From an uncultured Bacilli bacterium (GTDB taxonomy: Bacteria; Bacillota_I; Bacilli_A; ML615J-28; CAG-698): 24,000 nucleotides of DNA. Shown here in pieces: positions 15,132-23,774 of the stretch. The notes under the pieces were generated by a model. That model did not search any database, was not told where the DNA came from, and was given only the letters and a program-made list of their open reading frames with translations. Position 1 is the stretch's first letter. Each line of letters opens with the position of its first letter. Both the position numbers and the translations under genes were made by a program. The stretch spans positions 16,807 through 40,806 of the forward strand of contig CANQVW010000001.1 of assembly GCA_947627395.1 (NCBI GenBank), in the 5' to 3' direction.

Positions 15132-16920
15132 AAAAAGATCACTTCTTCGAAAAAATTGGATAGCATTTTGTTATGCTTTTAAGTTTTGTCCATCTTTACT
15201 TGTGTTTGCTATATTTTATGCCATTGCTAGTGTTGTTCGCTCCCTAAGTAGTGTTCATATTATTTCTGAAACTCTTGCTTTAATTTCAACAGGTGCAGAT
15301 ATTAAAATATTGTTTCGCTCTTTACTCATTTATATCATTATTATGATTGTTTGTCTATTTTTTATTACTTTTTATACTGGATATATTACTCCTCGTTATC
15401 GTGCTATTTATGAAAAGAAGATGCAACATTTCCTCTTTTCAAAAGTAAAAAATATAGATATGGCTTCCTATGATGATCCTGCTTTTTATGATCGCTTTTC
15501 AAGAGCATTAACAGAAAGTATTTGGACAGGATTTCGTATATACAATATCTTTTTAAATTTTATCATTAGTATCGCTAGTGCTATTGCTGTTGGGACCTAT
15601 ATTGTTATTTTAGATCCTTGGTTAATTTTATTGGTCATTGCATCTTCTATTATTAATACATTTATGATTGTTCATAACAATAATTTATGGTATGAATTAT
15701 TTAAAAAGACTGAAGAAGAAAGAAGATATGAAAGATATGTTAATCGTACTTTTTACCAACAAAAATATGCAGGAGAAATTAAAACCACTTCAGTTAGTGA
15801 CTTATTAATTGATAAATACAATGGTGCTGTAAATCATTTAGAAGGTAAATATAATCAAGTTTATAAAAAATTGGTTTTTCCTGAAAGTATTTATTTACTA
15901 TCTAGAAATATTTTAAATCAAGCTGGAAGTTATATTTATTTAGGATATCAATTATTAAAGAAGCATATTTTAATTGATACATTTGGAGCAATGGTATCAG
16001 CAACCATTCGTTTTACAGGACACTTTTCTTCCATGGTAGAAAATTTTACAGGACTGCAACAACAATCGAGATATGTTGATGATTTTCTTTGGATTATCGA
16101 TTATAAACCACAAATTGAAAAAAATGTTGGAAAAATATTTGAAGAAGAATTTCAAGAATTAAAAATAGAAGATATTTTATTTCGCTATCCTGAAAGTGAT
16201 CAATACCAATTAAATCATGTTTCTATGACCATTCATAGAGGAGAAAAGATTGCAATTGTTGGACATAATGGAAGTGGAAAAACAACATTAATGAAGTTGT
16301 TATTACGATTTTATCAATTGCAAAGTGGAGACATTTTGATGAATCAGGTATCTTATCAAGAATATAACGAAAGAAGTTTAAGAAAACAATTTTCGATTGT
16401 TTTTCAAGATTTTCAAATTTATGCATTGACAATTGCGGAAAATGTATTGATGAGAAAAGTTCTAAATAAAGAAGATGAAGCAAGAGTTTTAGATGCTTTA
16501 GATAAAGTAGGTTTGAAAGAAAAAATCTTATCTATGCCACACGGCATCTATACACAAGTAACGAGAGAGTTTGACCGTGACGGGGCTTCTTTTAGTGGGG
16601 GAGAAAGGCAAAGATTGGTCATTGCAAGAGTATTTGCAAGTGATGCTTCCATTTATATTTTAGATGAGCCAACTGCCTCTTTAGATCCAATTGCGGAAGA
16701 AAGAATTAATCGCCTTGTAATGCAAAGTACAAAAGATAAAACCATTATTATTATTGCCCATCGTCTTTCAACAGTCGTCGATGCGGATAAGATTTATTTA
16801 ATGAAGGAAGGTAAAATTAAAGAAGAAGGAACACATCAGGAATTAATGAAGCAAAATCAAGATTATGCTGAAATGTTCTTAACACAAAAAAGATTGTATG
16901 AAAAACAAGAATCTATATAA
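15124..16920 (+). CDS. ABC exporter half-transporter (fused TMD-NBD), second of the pair
   Basis: 8-nt overlap with the upstream gene. Motifs: Walker A GHNGSGKTT, signature FSGGERQR, Walker B YILDEPTASLD, H-loop IAHRL. Confidence 0.9.
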   Translation: MNKKRSLLRKNWIAFCYAFKFCPSLLVFAIFYAIASVVRSLSSVHIISETLALISTGADIKILFRSLLIYIIIMIVCLFFITFYTGYITPRYRAIYEKKMQHFLFSKVKNIDMASYDDPAFYDRFSRALTESIWTGFRIYNIFLNFIISIASAIAVGTYIVILDPWLILLVIASSIINTFMIVHNNNLWYELFKKTEEERRYERYVNRTFYQQKYAGEIKTTSVSDLLIDKYNGAVNHLEGKYNQVYKKLVFPESIYLLSRNILNQAGSYIYLGYQLLKKHILIDTFGAMVSATIRFTGHFSSMVENFTGLQQQSRYVDDFLWIIDYKPQIEKNVGKIFEEEFQELKIEDILFRYPESDQYQLNHVSMTIHRGEKIAIVGHNGSGKTTLMKLLLRFYQLQSGDILMNQVSYQEYNERSLRKQFSIVFQDFQIYALTIAENVLMRKVLNKEDEARVLDALDKVGLKEKILSMPHGIYTQVTREFDRDGASFSGGERQRLVIARVFASDASIYILDEPTASLDPIAEERINRLVMQSTKDKTIIIIAHRLSTVVDADKIYLMKEGKIKEEGTHQELMKQNQDYAEMFLTQKRLYEKQESI

Positions 16921-16940
16921 AGAATAGATTCATATTAAAA

Positions 16941-16972
16941 GATTTCCTAGATTTTTAAGGAAGTCTTTTTTT
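16941..16972 (+). terminator. Rho-independent terminator after the ABC pair
   Basis: GATTTCCT (16941-16948) / AGGAAGTC (16958-16965) forms 8 bp with one G-U pair, followed by T7. Confidence 0.7.
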
Positions 16973-16990
16973 AAAACAAATATGTTTTTC

Positions 16991-17019
16991 TTGTTCTTTT
17001 TTGGATAGTTTAGTATAAT
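16991..17019 (+). promoter_or_regulatory. Sigma-A-type promoter for the ANT(6)-ABC-DUF697 unit
   Basis: TTGTTC (16991-16996), 17-nt spacer, TATAAT (17014-17019). RBS AGGAG lies at 17031-17035. Confidence 0.6.
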
Positions 17020-17043
17020 ATATAAATAGAAGGAGAAGAAAAT

Positions 17044-17886
17044 ATGAGAACAGAGCAAGAAATGTTTGAATTAATTCATCGTGTTGCATATTGCGATGAA
17101 AGAGTACAAATGGTGTTTTTAAATGGGTCAAGAGCAAATCCAAATATTCAAAGAGATGAATATCAAGATTTTGATATTGTTTATTTTGTAACATCTCTTA
17201 TAGATTATATCAATCATCCCCAATGGATTGATGTATTTGGATCAAGAGTGATTTTGCAAATTCCCGAAAACAATGAAAATCATATTACATATTTAATGCA
17301 ATTTACTGATGGAAATCGTATTGATTTAACATTAATGACTTTAACATCTCTTTCTTCTTACTTATTAAAAGATACGCAAACGATTCTTTTATGGAATAAA
17401 ACAGATATAGATATTTTTTTACCTAAACCAACAGATCAATCTCATTGGGTTAAAAAACCTTCTTACGATGAATTCATCTCATGCATAAATGAATTTCATT
17501 GGGTATCTTTATATGTTGCAAAAGGAATTAATAGAAATGAACTTACTTATGCAATGGAACATTTAAATCAGATTTTACGACCTGAATATATGAAAATGAT
17601 CTCTTGGGCAATTGCCTCAAGGTATAAATTTCAAATCAATCTTGGGAAAAATTTAAAATTTATTAAAAACTATATTCAAGAAAAAGAAATGAAAACTTTG
17701 TTAGATACGTATTGTATCGCGAAAGCATCGTCCATTTGGAAATCATTACTATTAATGTTTGATTCATTTTCATCTTATTGTGATGAAGTTTCAAAATATT
17801 TTCATTATCAAATTCATTTAGAAGAACAAAAGAAAACAAAAGATTATTTGATTTATTTAAAAAATAGGAGAACAAAGCATGATTAA
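17044..17886 (+). CDS. ant(6): Aminoglycoside 6-nucleotidyltransferase family protein (ANT(6)/AadE/AadK-like streptomycin adenylyltransferase fold)
   Basis: Colinear with what I recall of ANT(6)-Ia/AadK: MRTEQEMFELI...DERVQMVFLNGSRANPNIQRDEYQDFDIVYFV (the nucleotidyltransferase GS...DxD motif), YLMQFTDGNRIDLTL, EFHWVSLYVAKGINRNEL, MISWAI, GKNLKFIKNYI. Confidence 0.85.
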   Translation: MRTEQEMFELIHRVAYCDERVQMVFLNGSRANPNIQRDEYQDFDIVYFVTSLIDYINHPQWIDVFGSRVILQIPENNENHITYLMQFTDGNRIDLTLMTLTSLSSYLLKDTQTILLWNKTDIDIFLPKPTDQSHWVKKPSYDEFISCINEFHWVSLYVAKGINRNELTYAMEHLNQILRPEYMKMISWAIASRYKFQINLGKNLKFIKNYIQEKEMKTLLDTYCIAKASSIWKSLLLMFDSFSSYCDEVSKYFHYQIHLEEQKKTKDYLIYLKNRRTKHD

Positions 17887-19594
17887 AAAATTTATTCAAT
17901 ATTACAAGCCACATCGAAAACTCTTTTTTATGGACATGATTTTTGCATTTATTGTATCAGCAATTGATCTTGTTTTTCCTATTGTTACCAATCGAGCTTT
18001 AAAAGTTTATTATAATGATATGAAAATGATTCTAATCATTGGAGCTGTTTTACTTGTTTTATTTTCAATTAAATTTTTACTAAATTATTTCATTGGGTAT
18101 TATGGTCATGTTATGGGAATCCGTTTAGAAAGTGATATGAGAAGTGATTTATATAAAAAGTTACAAAGTATGGATTATCCATATTTTGATGACAAAAAAA
18201 CAGGCGAACTCATGACCAATTTAACAACGCACTTACATGACATTTCAGAAATGAGTCATCACGCGCCGGAAGATATTTTCATCTCATCATTAATGTTTAT
18301 TGGAAGTTTTGTTATTTTGATGATATTAAATTGGAAACTTACTTGTATTGCCTTTGTATGTTTAGCTGTTTTAGTTTGGTATTCTTTAACTAGACGTATA
18401 TCAATGCGTAGAGGATTTCGCCATGCAAGACAAGCTCAGGGTGAATTAAATGCGAAAGTAGAAAGTAGTTTAAGTGGAATTCGTTTAACAAAAGCATTTC
18501 AGAATGAAGAATTAGAAGTTGAAAAATTTGAGGAATACAATGAAAAGTTTAAAAGTGCACGCTCAGAAACATTTAAAGCCATTGGATTATTTTCTTCAGG
18601 AAATGATTTCTTTTTAAATTTAACCAATTTAGCACTGCTCATTTTTGGATGTTATTTTTTATCTAAAAACGATATTGATTTAATTGACTTGACAACTTAC
18701 TTTTTATATATCAATTTTTTAATTAAACCATTGACTCGTTTAACAAACTCAGTGGAACAAATTGAACAAGGTTTTTCAGGAATTGAAAAGTTTTATCAAA
18801 TCATGCAAGAAAATCCTCAAATTGTTAGTCATCCTAATGCTGTTCATAAAACGGAATTTGAAGGACAAATTGAATTTAAAGATGTGTGTTTTCAATATGA
18901 ACAAAAAGAAGGAATCCACATTTTAAATCATTTTAACTTATGTATTCCAAAAGGTAAAAAAATAGCTTTAGTTGGGGAAACAGGGGTAGGAAAATCCACC
19001 ATTTCTAAATTGGTTCCTAGGTTTTATGATGTAACCTCAGGAGGAGTTTATGTAGATGATGTCAATGTAAAGGATTATGATTTAAAAGATTTAAGAAAAG
19101 CAATTGGACATGTTGAACAAGATGTATTTATTTTTTATGGAACAATACGTGAAAATATTTTATATGGAAATCCTAAAGCATCGGAAGATGAAATGATTGA
19201 AGCAGCAAAAAAAGCAAGAATTCATGAGTTTATTATGACACAACCTGAAAAATATGATACAATAGTAGGAGAAAGAGGAATTAAACTTTCAGGCGGACAA
19301 AAACAAAGAATTGCAATTGCAAGATTATTTTTAAAGAATCCTAAGATTTTGATTTTAGATGAAGCAACATCCTCTTTAGATAATATTACAGAAACATATA
19401 TTCAAGAATCCTTAGATGAACTTTCCAAGAATAAGACCACCATCACCATTGCTCATCGTCTTTCCACAGTACGAAATGCGGATGAAATTATTGTTTTAGG
19501 AAAAGAAGGAATTATTGAAAGAGGAACACATCAAGAATTATTAAGCCACAATGGATATTATGCACATATGTATTCAGCAACACTTATGGTTTAG
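17879..19594 (+). CDS. ABC exporter half-transporter (MsbA/multidrug-type, fused TMD-NBD)
   Basis: AGGAG lies 8 nt upstream, and the gene overlaps the ant(6) stop by 8 nt. Motifs: Walker A GETGVGKST, LSGGQKQRIAIARLFLKNPKILILDEATSSLD, and IAHRLST. Confidence 0.9.
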   Translation: MIKKFIQYYKPHRKLFFMDMIFAFIVSAIDLVFPIVTNRALKVYYNDMKMILIIGAVLLVLFSIKFLLNYFIGYYGHVMGIRLESDMRSDLYKKLQSMDYPYFDDKKTGELMTNLTTHLHDISEMSHHAPEDIFISSLMFIGSFVILMILNWKLTCIAFVCLAVLVWYSLTRRISMRRGFRHARQAQGELNAKVESSLSGIRLTKAFQNEELEVEKFEEYNEKFKSARSETFKAIGLFSSGNDFFLNLTNLALLIFGCYFLSKNDIDLIDLTTYFLYINFLIKPLTRLTNSVEQIEQGFSGIEKFYQIMQENPQIVSHPNAVHKTEFEGQIEFKDVCFQYEQKEGIHILNHFNLCIPKGKKIALVGETGVGKSTISKLVPRFYDVTSGGVYVDDVNVKDYDLKDLRKAIGHVEQDVFIFYGTIRENILYGNPKASEDEMIEAAKKARIHEFIMTQPEKYDTIVGERGIKLSGGQKQRIAIARLFLKNPKILILDEATSSLDNITETYIQESLDELSKNKTTITIAHRLSTVRNADEIIVLGKEGIIERGTHQELLSHNGYYAHMYSATLMV

Positions 19595-19606
19595 AAAGGA
19601 ACACCC

Positions 19607-20629
19607 ATGGCAAAAAAGAAAAAAGAACAAAATCAAACACAAGTCAATTGTAAGAAACAAATCAAAGAACAAAGAAATCAAAAAAGAAACATTTTCTGGA
19701 TTTGTATTGGCATTGGATGTTTAATCATTATTTTATTGATTATCGTTAGTAATGTTTTAGATGTTGGGGAAAAACTAAGAAGAATTAATCCATATTTAGA
19801 ATGGGGTTTTTACGCTTTATCTGTCATTTTGTTTTACGTATTAATTTTAAATCCATTACGTATTATTCTTTTTTCTCCTACTTTTTCTGTTGTCACTGTT
19901 GTGGATGAACAAAATAGAAAAAGTTATCGAGTTTATAAAAAAGTTGCTAGAAACATTATTAAAAATAATGATTTAAAAGATGAAGATTTAGCTTTATTAG
20001 AAGAGGGAATGGAACATAAAGAAGATTTACGTTTAGCTTTAAGCAAAGTATTTGATTCTTCTATTAAAAAAGCAATTAATAAAATTATTTTAGCCAATGC
20101 GAAAACAGTGTTTATTTCTACAGCCATTTCACAAAATGGAAAATTAGATATGATGACTGTTTTAAGTGTGAATTTAAAAATGATTAAAGAAATTGTTATA
20201 AAAGCTGGATTTAGACCTTCTTATGCAAAACTTGGAAAACTGAGTGTTCAAGTACTAGGAACTGCATTAATTGCGGAAACATTGGATGGACTTAATTTTA
20301 CAGATTTATTTCCAACGTCTACTGCGAATTATATTGCGGAAATTCCTTTAGTAAAACCGATCGCCAATAGTGTATTAAATGGATTGGGTAATGGATTATT
20401 AACACTTCGTATAGGTATTGTTGCTAGAAGATATTTATTTTCAGAAACTAAGCCATCTAAAGATGAAATTAGAAGAAAATCCATTAAGGAATCTGTAAAA
20501 ATGTTACCTTTATTGTTTAAAGAAGTATTAGCTTTTTTTCCACAAAAAATTATTAGATTATTCCGTAAGTCTAGAGAACAAGCAGAAAAAGCAGAAAAAG
20601 ATTTTTTAACAGAAGATGGTGCAGAATAA
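19607..20629 (+). CDS. YcjF/UPF0283 (DUF697)-like membrane protein
   Basis: Lys/Gln-rich N-terminus, two TM helices, then a C-terminal region that aligns by eye with E. coli YcjF. For example, GLGNGLLTLRIGIVARRY compares with GIGAGLLTARLGIKAMEL, and VFISTAISQNGKLDMMTVLSVNLKMIKEI with [27 protein letters not shown]. Confidence 0.55.
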   Translation: MAKKKKEQNQTQVNCKKQIKEQRNQKRNIFWICIGIGCLIIILLIIVSNVLDVGEKLRRINPYLEWGFYALSVILFYVLILNPLRIILFSPTFSVVTVVDEQNRKSYRVYKKVARNIIKNNDLKDEDLALLEEGMEHKEDLRLALSKVFDSSIKKAINKIILANAKTVFISTAISQNGKLDMMTVLSVNLKMIKEIVIKAGFRPSYAKLGKLSVQVLGTALIAETLDGLNFTDLFPTSTANYIAEIPLVKPIANSVLNGLGNGLLTLRIGIVARRYLFSETKPSKDEIRRKSIKESVKMLPLLFKEVLAFFPQKIIRLFRKSREQAEKAEKDFLTEDGAE

Positions 20630-20639
20630 AATAAAAAAG

Positions 20640-20663
20640 AGGAATCATCGTGATTCCTTTTTT
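20640..20663 (+). terminator. Rho-independent terminator after the DUF697 gene
   Basis: AGGAATCA (20640-20647) / TGATTCCT (20651-20658) with a 3-nt loop, followed by a T-run. It overlaps the ORF-track GTG start at 20650. Confidence 0.8.
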
Positions 20664-20718
20664 GCTATTTTTCTTTTTTTTATTTTGTTATACTCTTTTT
20701 ACTTTATGGAGGAGTATT

Positions 20719-22812
20719 ATGAATCGATATTTATATATTATAATGATATCATTGTTTGGCCTATTTAGTGTAAATCATATATTTACTTTTTCTTTTTATA
20801 TTCCTATTGTTACTTATTTATCTTTAAAAAATAGAAAATATTTATACTTAATGTTTCCTTTATCTTTTCTTGGAATGTATTTGTTTCACTTTACATTTTA
20901 TCTCCCATATGCTTTATTTTATGGAAGTTTGTTTTTATTCACTTTACTTCTTCGTAAAAATCATTTAATAGCTATTTTATTATATGATGTAGCAATGCAT
21001 ATCATGACTACTTTTTTATTAGAAAATATAAACTTTTTTTATTTCTTTTTATCTACTTTTATTTGTATTTTATGGTCTTTATTTATTTTAATATGTGATG
21101 ATAAGAGATCTATATATAGTATGGCTATGCTAGAAATGTTGATTTCCCTCGTATTAACACTTTCTACTATACAAATCAAAATTGAACAAATTCCGCTTGG
21201 ATTTTATCTTGGATTATATTTTTCTATGTACTTATCTAGTAAAAAACAAACCTTAATGAGCTTATTATTTAGTTTTATCCTCTTTTTTATTTTTACTTAT
21301 TTTCATATCACGTCCTATGGTTTCTTTTTTCCAATGGTTTGTTTTATTTATTTACTACCAAAATTATATAGTCGTTTTATTCCGTTATTTATGATTGCCA
21401 TTGGTTATTTCTTTTATCCCACTTTATTTCCGATATCCTTTTTTATAAGTTTATTAATTTTATTAGTTATTTTTGAAATCACTAGACCCATTATGATACA
21501 AACAGTGGAAGAAAAAAAAGAGATGAACCAAATTTATTTACAAGCTTACCACCAAGTAGAACAAGAGTTAAATTCATTTGCTCTGTTTTTAGATAAAATA
21601 TCGAACCAATTCAATAAAAAAGAAGATCATCAACTTCACAATCATATTGAAGAATTAATGAATTCATTTTGTTTTCGTTGTCCATCTAAAATGGATTGTT
21701 TTAAAAGAAATAAAAGTAAATTATATTTTTATTTTAAAAGTTTATTTGGGGAACATATTCATGAAGAAATTCATTGTCTCTATTTTGAAGAAATGAAAGC
21801 AAAAGCAGAATATCTTTTATCTAGAACAACTGCGGAAAAAAATACTTCCGATATTCCAAAATTTACGCAAAGCATATCTTACATTTTAAGACAATATAAT
21901 GTGGATCATTATCAAAGGGAAGAGATAGAATATCATCAATGTATTGAATTAAAGAAAAGATTCGTGCAGTATGGATATTCCATATCCTATTTTCAAGTTG
22001 AAAAAATATTTTTAACAGACTTCCAAATTGATGTTGGTCTGTATGGAATTGATTTTGAAAAAGAAAAAGAAAATTTATATGAGTTATGTCGTATTTTTCC
22101 ATTTCCTATTTCCTTAGTATATAAAGAACAAAAAAAGAATAAAACTTATTTTTCTATTCTTCCTAAAGTTTCTTATGATGTTCGTTATGGATATGGATCT
22201 ATTGCTTTACCTGGAAATCAAATCTGTGGGGACAATTATTTGGTTAAATTACAAGAAAATTCAAAAGTTCTTGCCATGATTTCTGATGGAATGGGAAAGG
22301 GTGCACAAGCAGGAATTGAAAGTGCTAGAACACTTCATCTATTAGATGAAATTACAAAATCACAAATGAGTCCCGAAACTTCTTTACAAATCTTAAATAC
22401 TTTTTATTATTTACAAGATGAAAATGAGCGTTATTCAACATTAGATTTTTTAGAAATTAATCGTTTTAATGGTGAAGCTTTTTTATATAAAGCTGGTGCA
22501 ACAACAACTTTTATTATGCATGAAGATGGAAGTTGTGACCGATTCGAAAATGAACAATTACCTTTTGGTTTTAATGAATTCATTGTTTCAAAAAAACTTC
22601 AACTCAAAGAAAATGATTTAATTATTATGGCATCTGATGGTGTTTTCGAGAATATGGAAAATGAAGATGAGTTAGAAGAATATATTCGGGGAATTCGCAT
22701 GATGGAACCACAAAAAATTACCTATGAAATTTTAAATTATGTTCGATATCATAAATCCATTCATTCCGATGATATGAGTGTGATTACTTTAAAAATGATT
22801 TTAGCGATGTAA
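20719..22812 (+). CDS. spoIIE: Stage II sporulation protein E (polytopic membrane PP2C phosphatase)
   Basis: GGAGGAG at 20708-20714 precedes ATG 20719. About 260 aa of repeated TM helices are followed by a central domain and a C-terminal PP2C/SpoIIE domain: CGDNYLV, MISDGMGKGAQAGIES, MASDGVFE, DDMSVITL. Confidence 0.85.
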   Translation: MNRYLYIIMISLFGLFSVNHIFTFSFYIPIVTYLSLKNRKYLYLMFPLSFLGMYLFHFTFYLPYALFYGSLFLFTLLLRKNHLIAILLYDVAMHIMTTFLLENINFFYFFLSTFICILWSLFILICDDKRSIYSMAMLEMLISLVLTLSTIQIKIEQIPLGFYLGLYFSMYLSSKKQTLMSLLFSFILFFIFTYFHITSYGFFFPMVCFIYLLPKLYSRFIPLFMIAIGYFFYPTLFPISFFISLLILLVIFEITRPIMIQTVEEKKEMNQIYLQAYHQVEQELNSFALFLDKISNQFNKKEDHQLHNHIEELMNSFCFRCPSKMDCFKRNKSKLYFYFKSLFGEHIHEEIHCLYFEEMKAKAEYLLSRTTAEKNTSDIPKFTQSISYILRQYNVDHYQREEIEYHQCIELKKRFVQYGYSISYFQVEKIFLTDFQIDVGLYGIDFEKEKENLYELCRIFPFPISLVYKEQKKNKTYFSILPKVSYDVRYGYGSIALPGNQICGDNYLVKLQENSKVLAMISDGMGKGAQAGIESARTLHLLDEITKSQMSPETSLQILNTFYYLQDENERYSTLDFLEINRFNGEAFLYKAGATTTFIMHEDGSCDRFENEQLPFGFNEFIVSKKLQLKENDLIIMASDGVFENMENEDELEEYIRGIRMMEPQKITYEILNYVRYHKSIHSDDMSVITLKMILAM

Positions 22813-23082
22813 AAAGGATTGATACCCTTTTTTAACTGCATAGACACGATATCCTTTTTTTCTTAGTTTTTTAGTTACTTCAACGCTTGTAATACCTCTT
22901 TCACATAAAAGATAGTAGTTTTGATGGACTATTAAAAAGAGGTTTGGTGAAGCAAGTAATTCATGTTCATCAATATGTATGGCACCAGGTAAATGAAATT
23001 GATCATATTCTTCTATATTTCTAATGTCAATGAGATTTGGATTTTTTATTTGTTCTAATTTTTTTATAGAAATTCTCTTCAT
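22801..23082 (-). CDS. Single-domain rhodanese-like sulfurtransferase
   Basis: LIDIRNIEEYDQFHLPGAIHI, and an active-site loop LCERGITS followed by KLRKKGYRVYAVKKGYQSF. AAGGG lies 8 nt upstream of ATG 23082. The ORF-track start at 23112 lacks an RBS. Confidence 0.75.
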   Translation of the reverse strand: MKRISIKKLEQIKNPNLIDIRNIEEYDQFHLPGAIHIDEHELLASPNLFLIVHQNYYLLCERGITSVEVTKKLRKKGYRVYAVKKGYQSFLHR

Positions 23083-23117
23083 TTTTTCATCCCTTACTAT
23101 TTTATTTTTCATTTCTA

Positions 23118-23126
23118 TGATATAAT
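23118..23126 (+). promoter_or_regulatory. Candidate extended -10 promoter for the regulator/lipoprotein genes
   Basis: TGaTATAAT at 23118-23126 in the divergent intergenic region. No convincing -35 element. Confidence 0.4.
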
Positions 23127-23155
23127 ATGTATTAGAAAGGATAAAGGTGAAAGAA

Positions 23156-23773
23156 ATGTCTATTGAAAAATTTCTAAGTCGTCATAAATTTTTTTCCTTC
23201 TATGCTTTAGATTTATCTATGGCTACAAAAGATCAATATCAAAAAATTATTGAAGTTTTTGAAGAATGTTTTATGGAGATATTTGTGAATGAAATGGAAG
23301 GATTGACGATTATATATTATACAAATTTCAATGATGTTTCTATTGAAAATATGTTGCCAACGATGACAGAAGATTTTGGGTTTGTAATGAAAGTATTTCA
23401 AAGCCACCATATTTCTACTTCAAAATTTTCTTATGTTCAACGTTTGGTATCTATCTATAAGAAATATAGTTTAGATAAAGCTAGACAATTTACGAATATT
23501 CGCTTTTTAACATTCGACTCTTTAGAGAATGAAGAAGCTTTTCACCAATTAAAAGAAATCATACTTTCTAAAGTGTTAGAAGATTCTAAGTTAGAAGATA
23601 TTATTATGAATATGTTTGATTCAAATTTAAATGTTTGTAAGACAGCAAATGCTGTTTACATGCATAGAAATACCATTCACAATAAACTCGATGTCATTGA
23701 GCAAGAAACAGGATTAGATATGCAAAATTTTTATGATGCTGTTGTCATGTACATACTATTAAAGAGGGAATAA
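23156..23773 (+). CDS. PucR/CdaR-type C-terminal HTH transcriptional regulator (short form)
   Basis: The C-terminus NLNVCKTANAVYMHRNTIHNKLDVIEQETGLDMQNFYDAVVMYILL fits the PucR C-terminal HTH pattern (tA..l.vHrNTv.yRl.kie..tGld). AAAGGTGA lies upstream of ATG 23156. GTG 23147 is an alternative start. Confidence 0.65.
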   Translation: MSIEKFLSRHKFFSFYALDLSMATKDQYQKIIEVFEECFMEIFVNEMEGLTIIYYTNFNDVSIENMLPTMTEDFGFVMKVFQSHHISTSKFSYVQRLVSIYKKYSLDKARQFTNIRFLTFDSLENEEAFHQLKEIILSKVLEDSKLEDIIMNMFDSNLNVCKTANAVYMHRNTIHNKLDVIEQETGLDMQNFYDAVVMYILLKRE

Positions 23774-23774
23774 A

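Noticed and set aside
13368-16920. Whether the ABC pair is an asymmetric heterodimer with one degenerate ATP site, as in LmrCD/BmrCD/PatAB.
   Set aside because: Both NBDs keep Walker A Lys, the catalytic Glu after Walker B (LDEPS and LDEPT) and the H-loop His. Both signatures are FSGG(Q/E). I see no clear degeneracy by eye, so there is nothing unusual to claim without an alignment.
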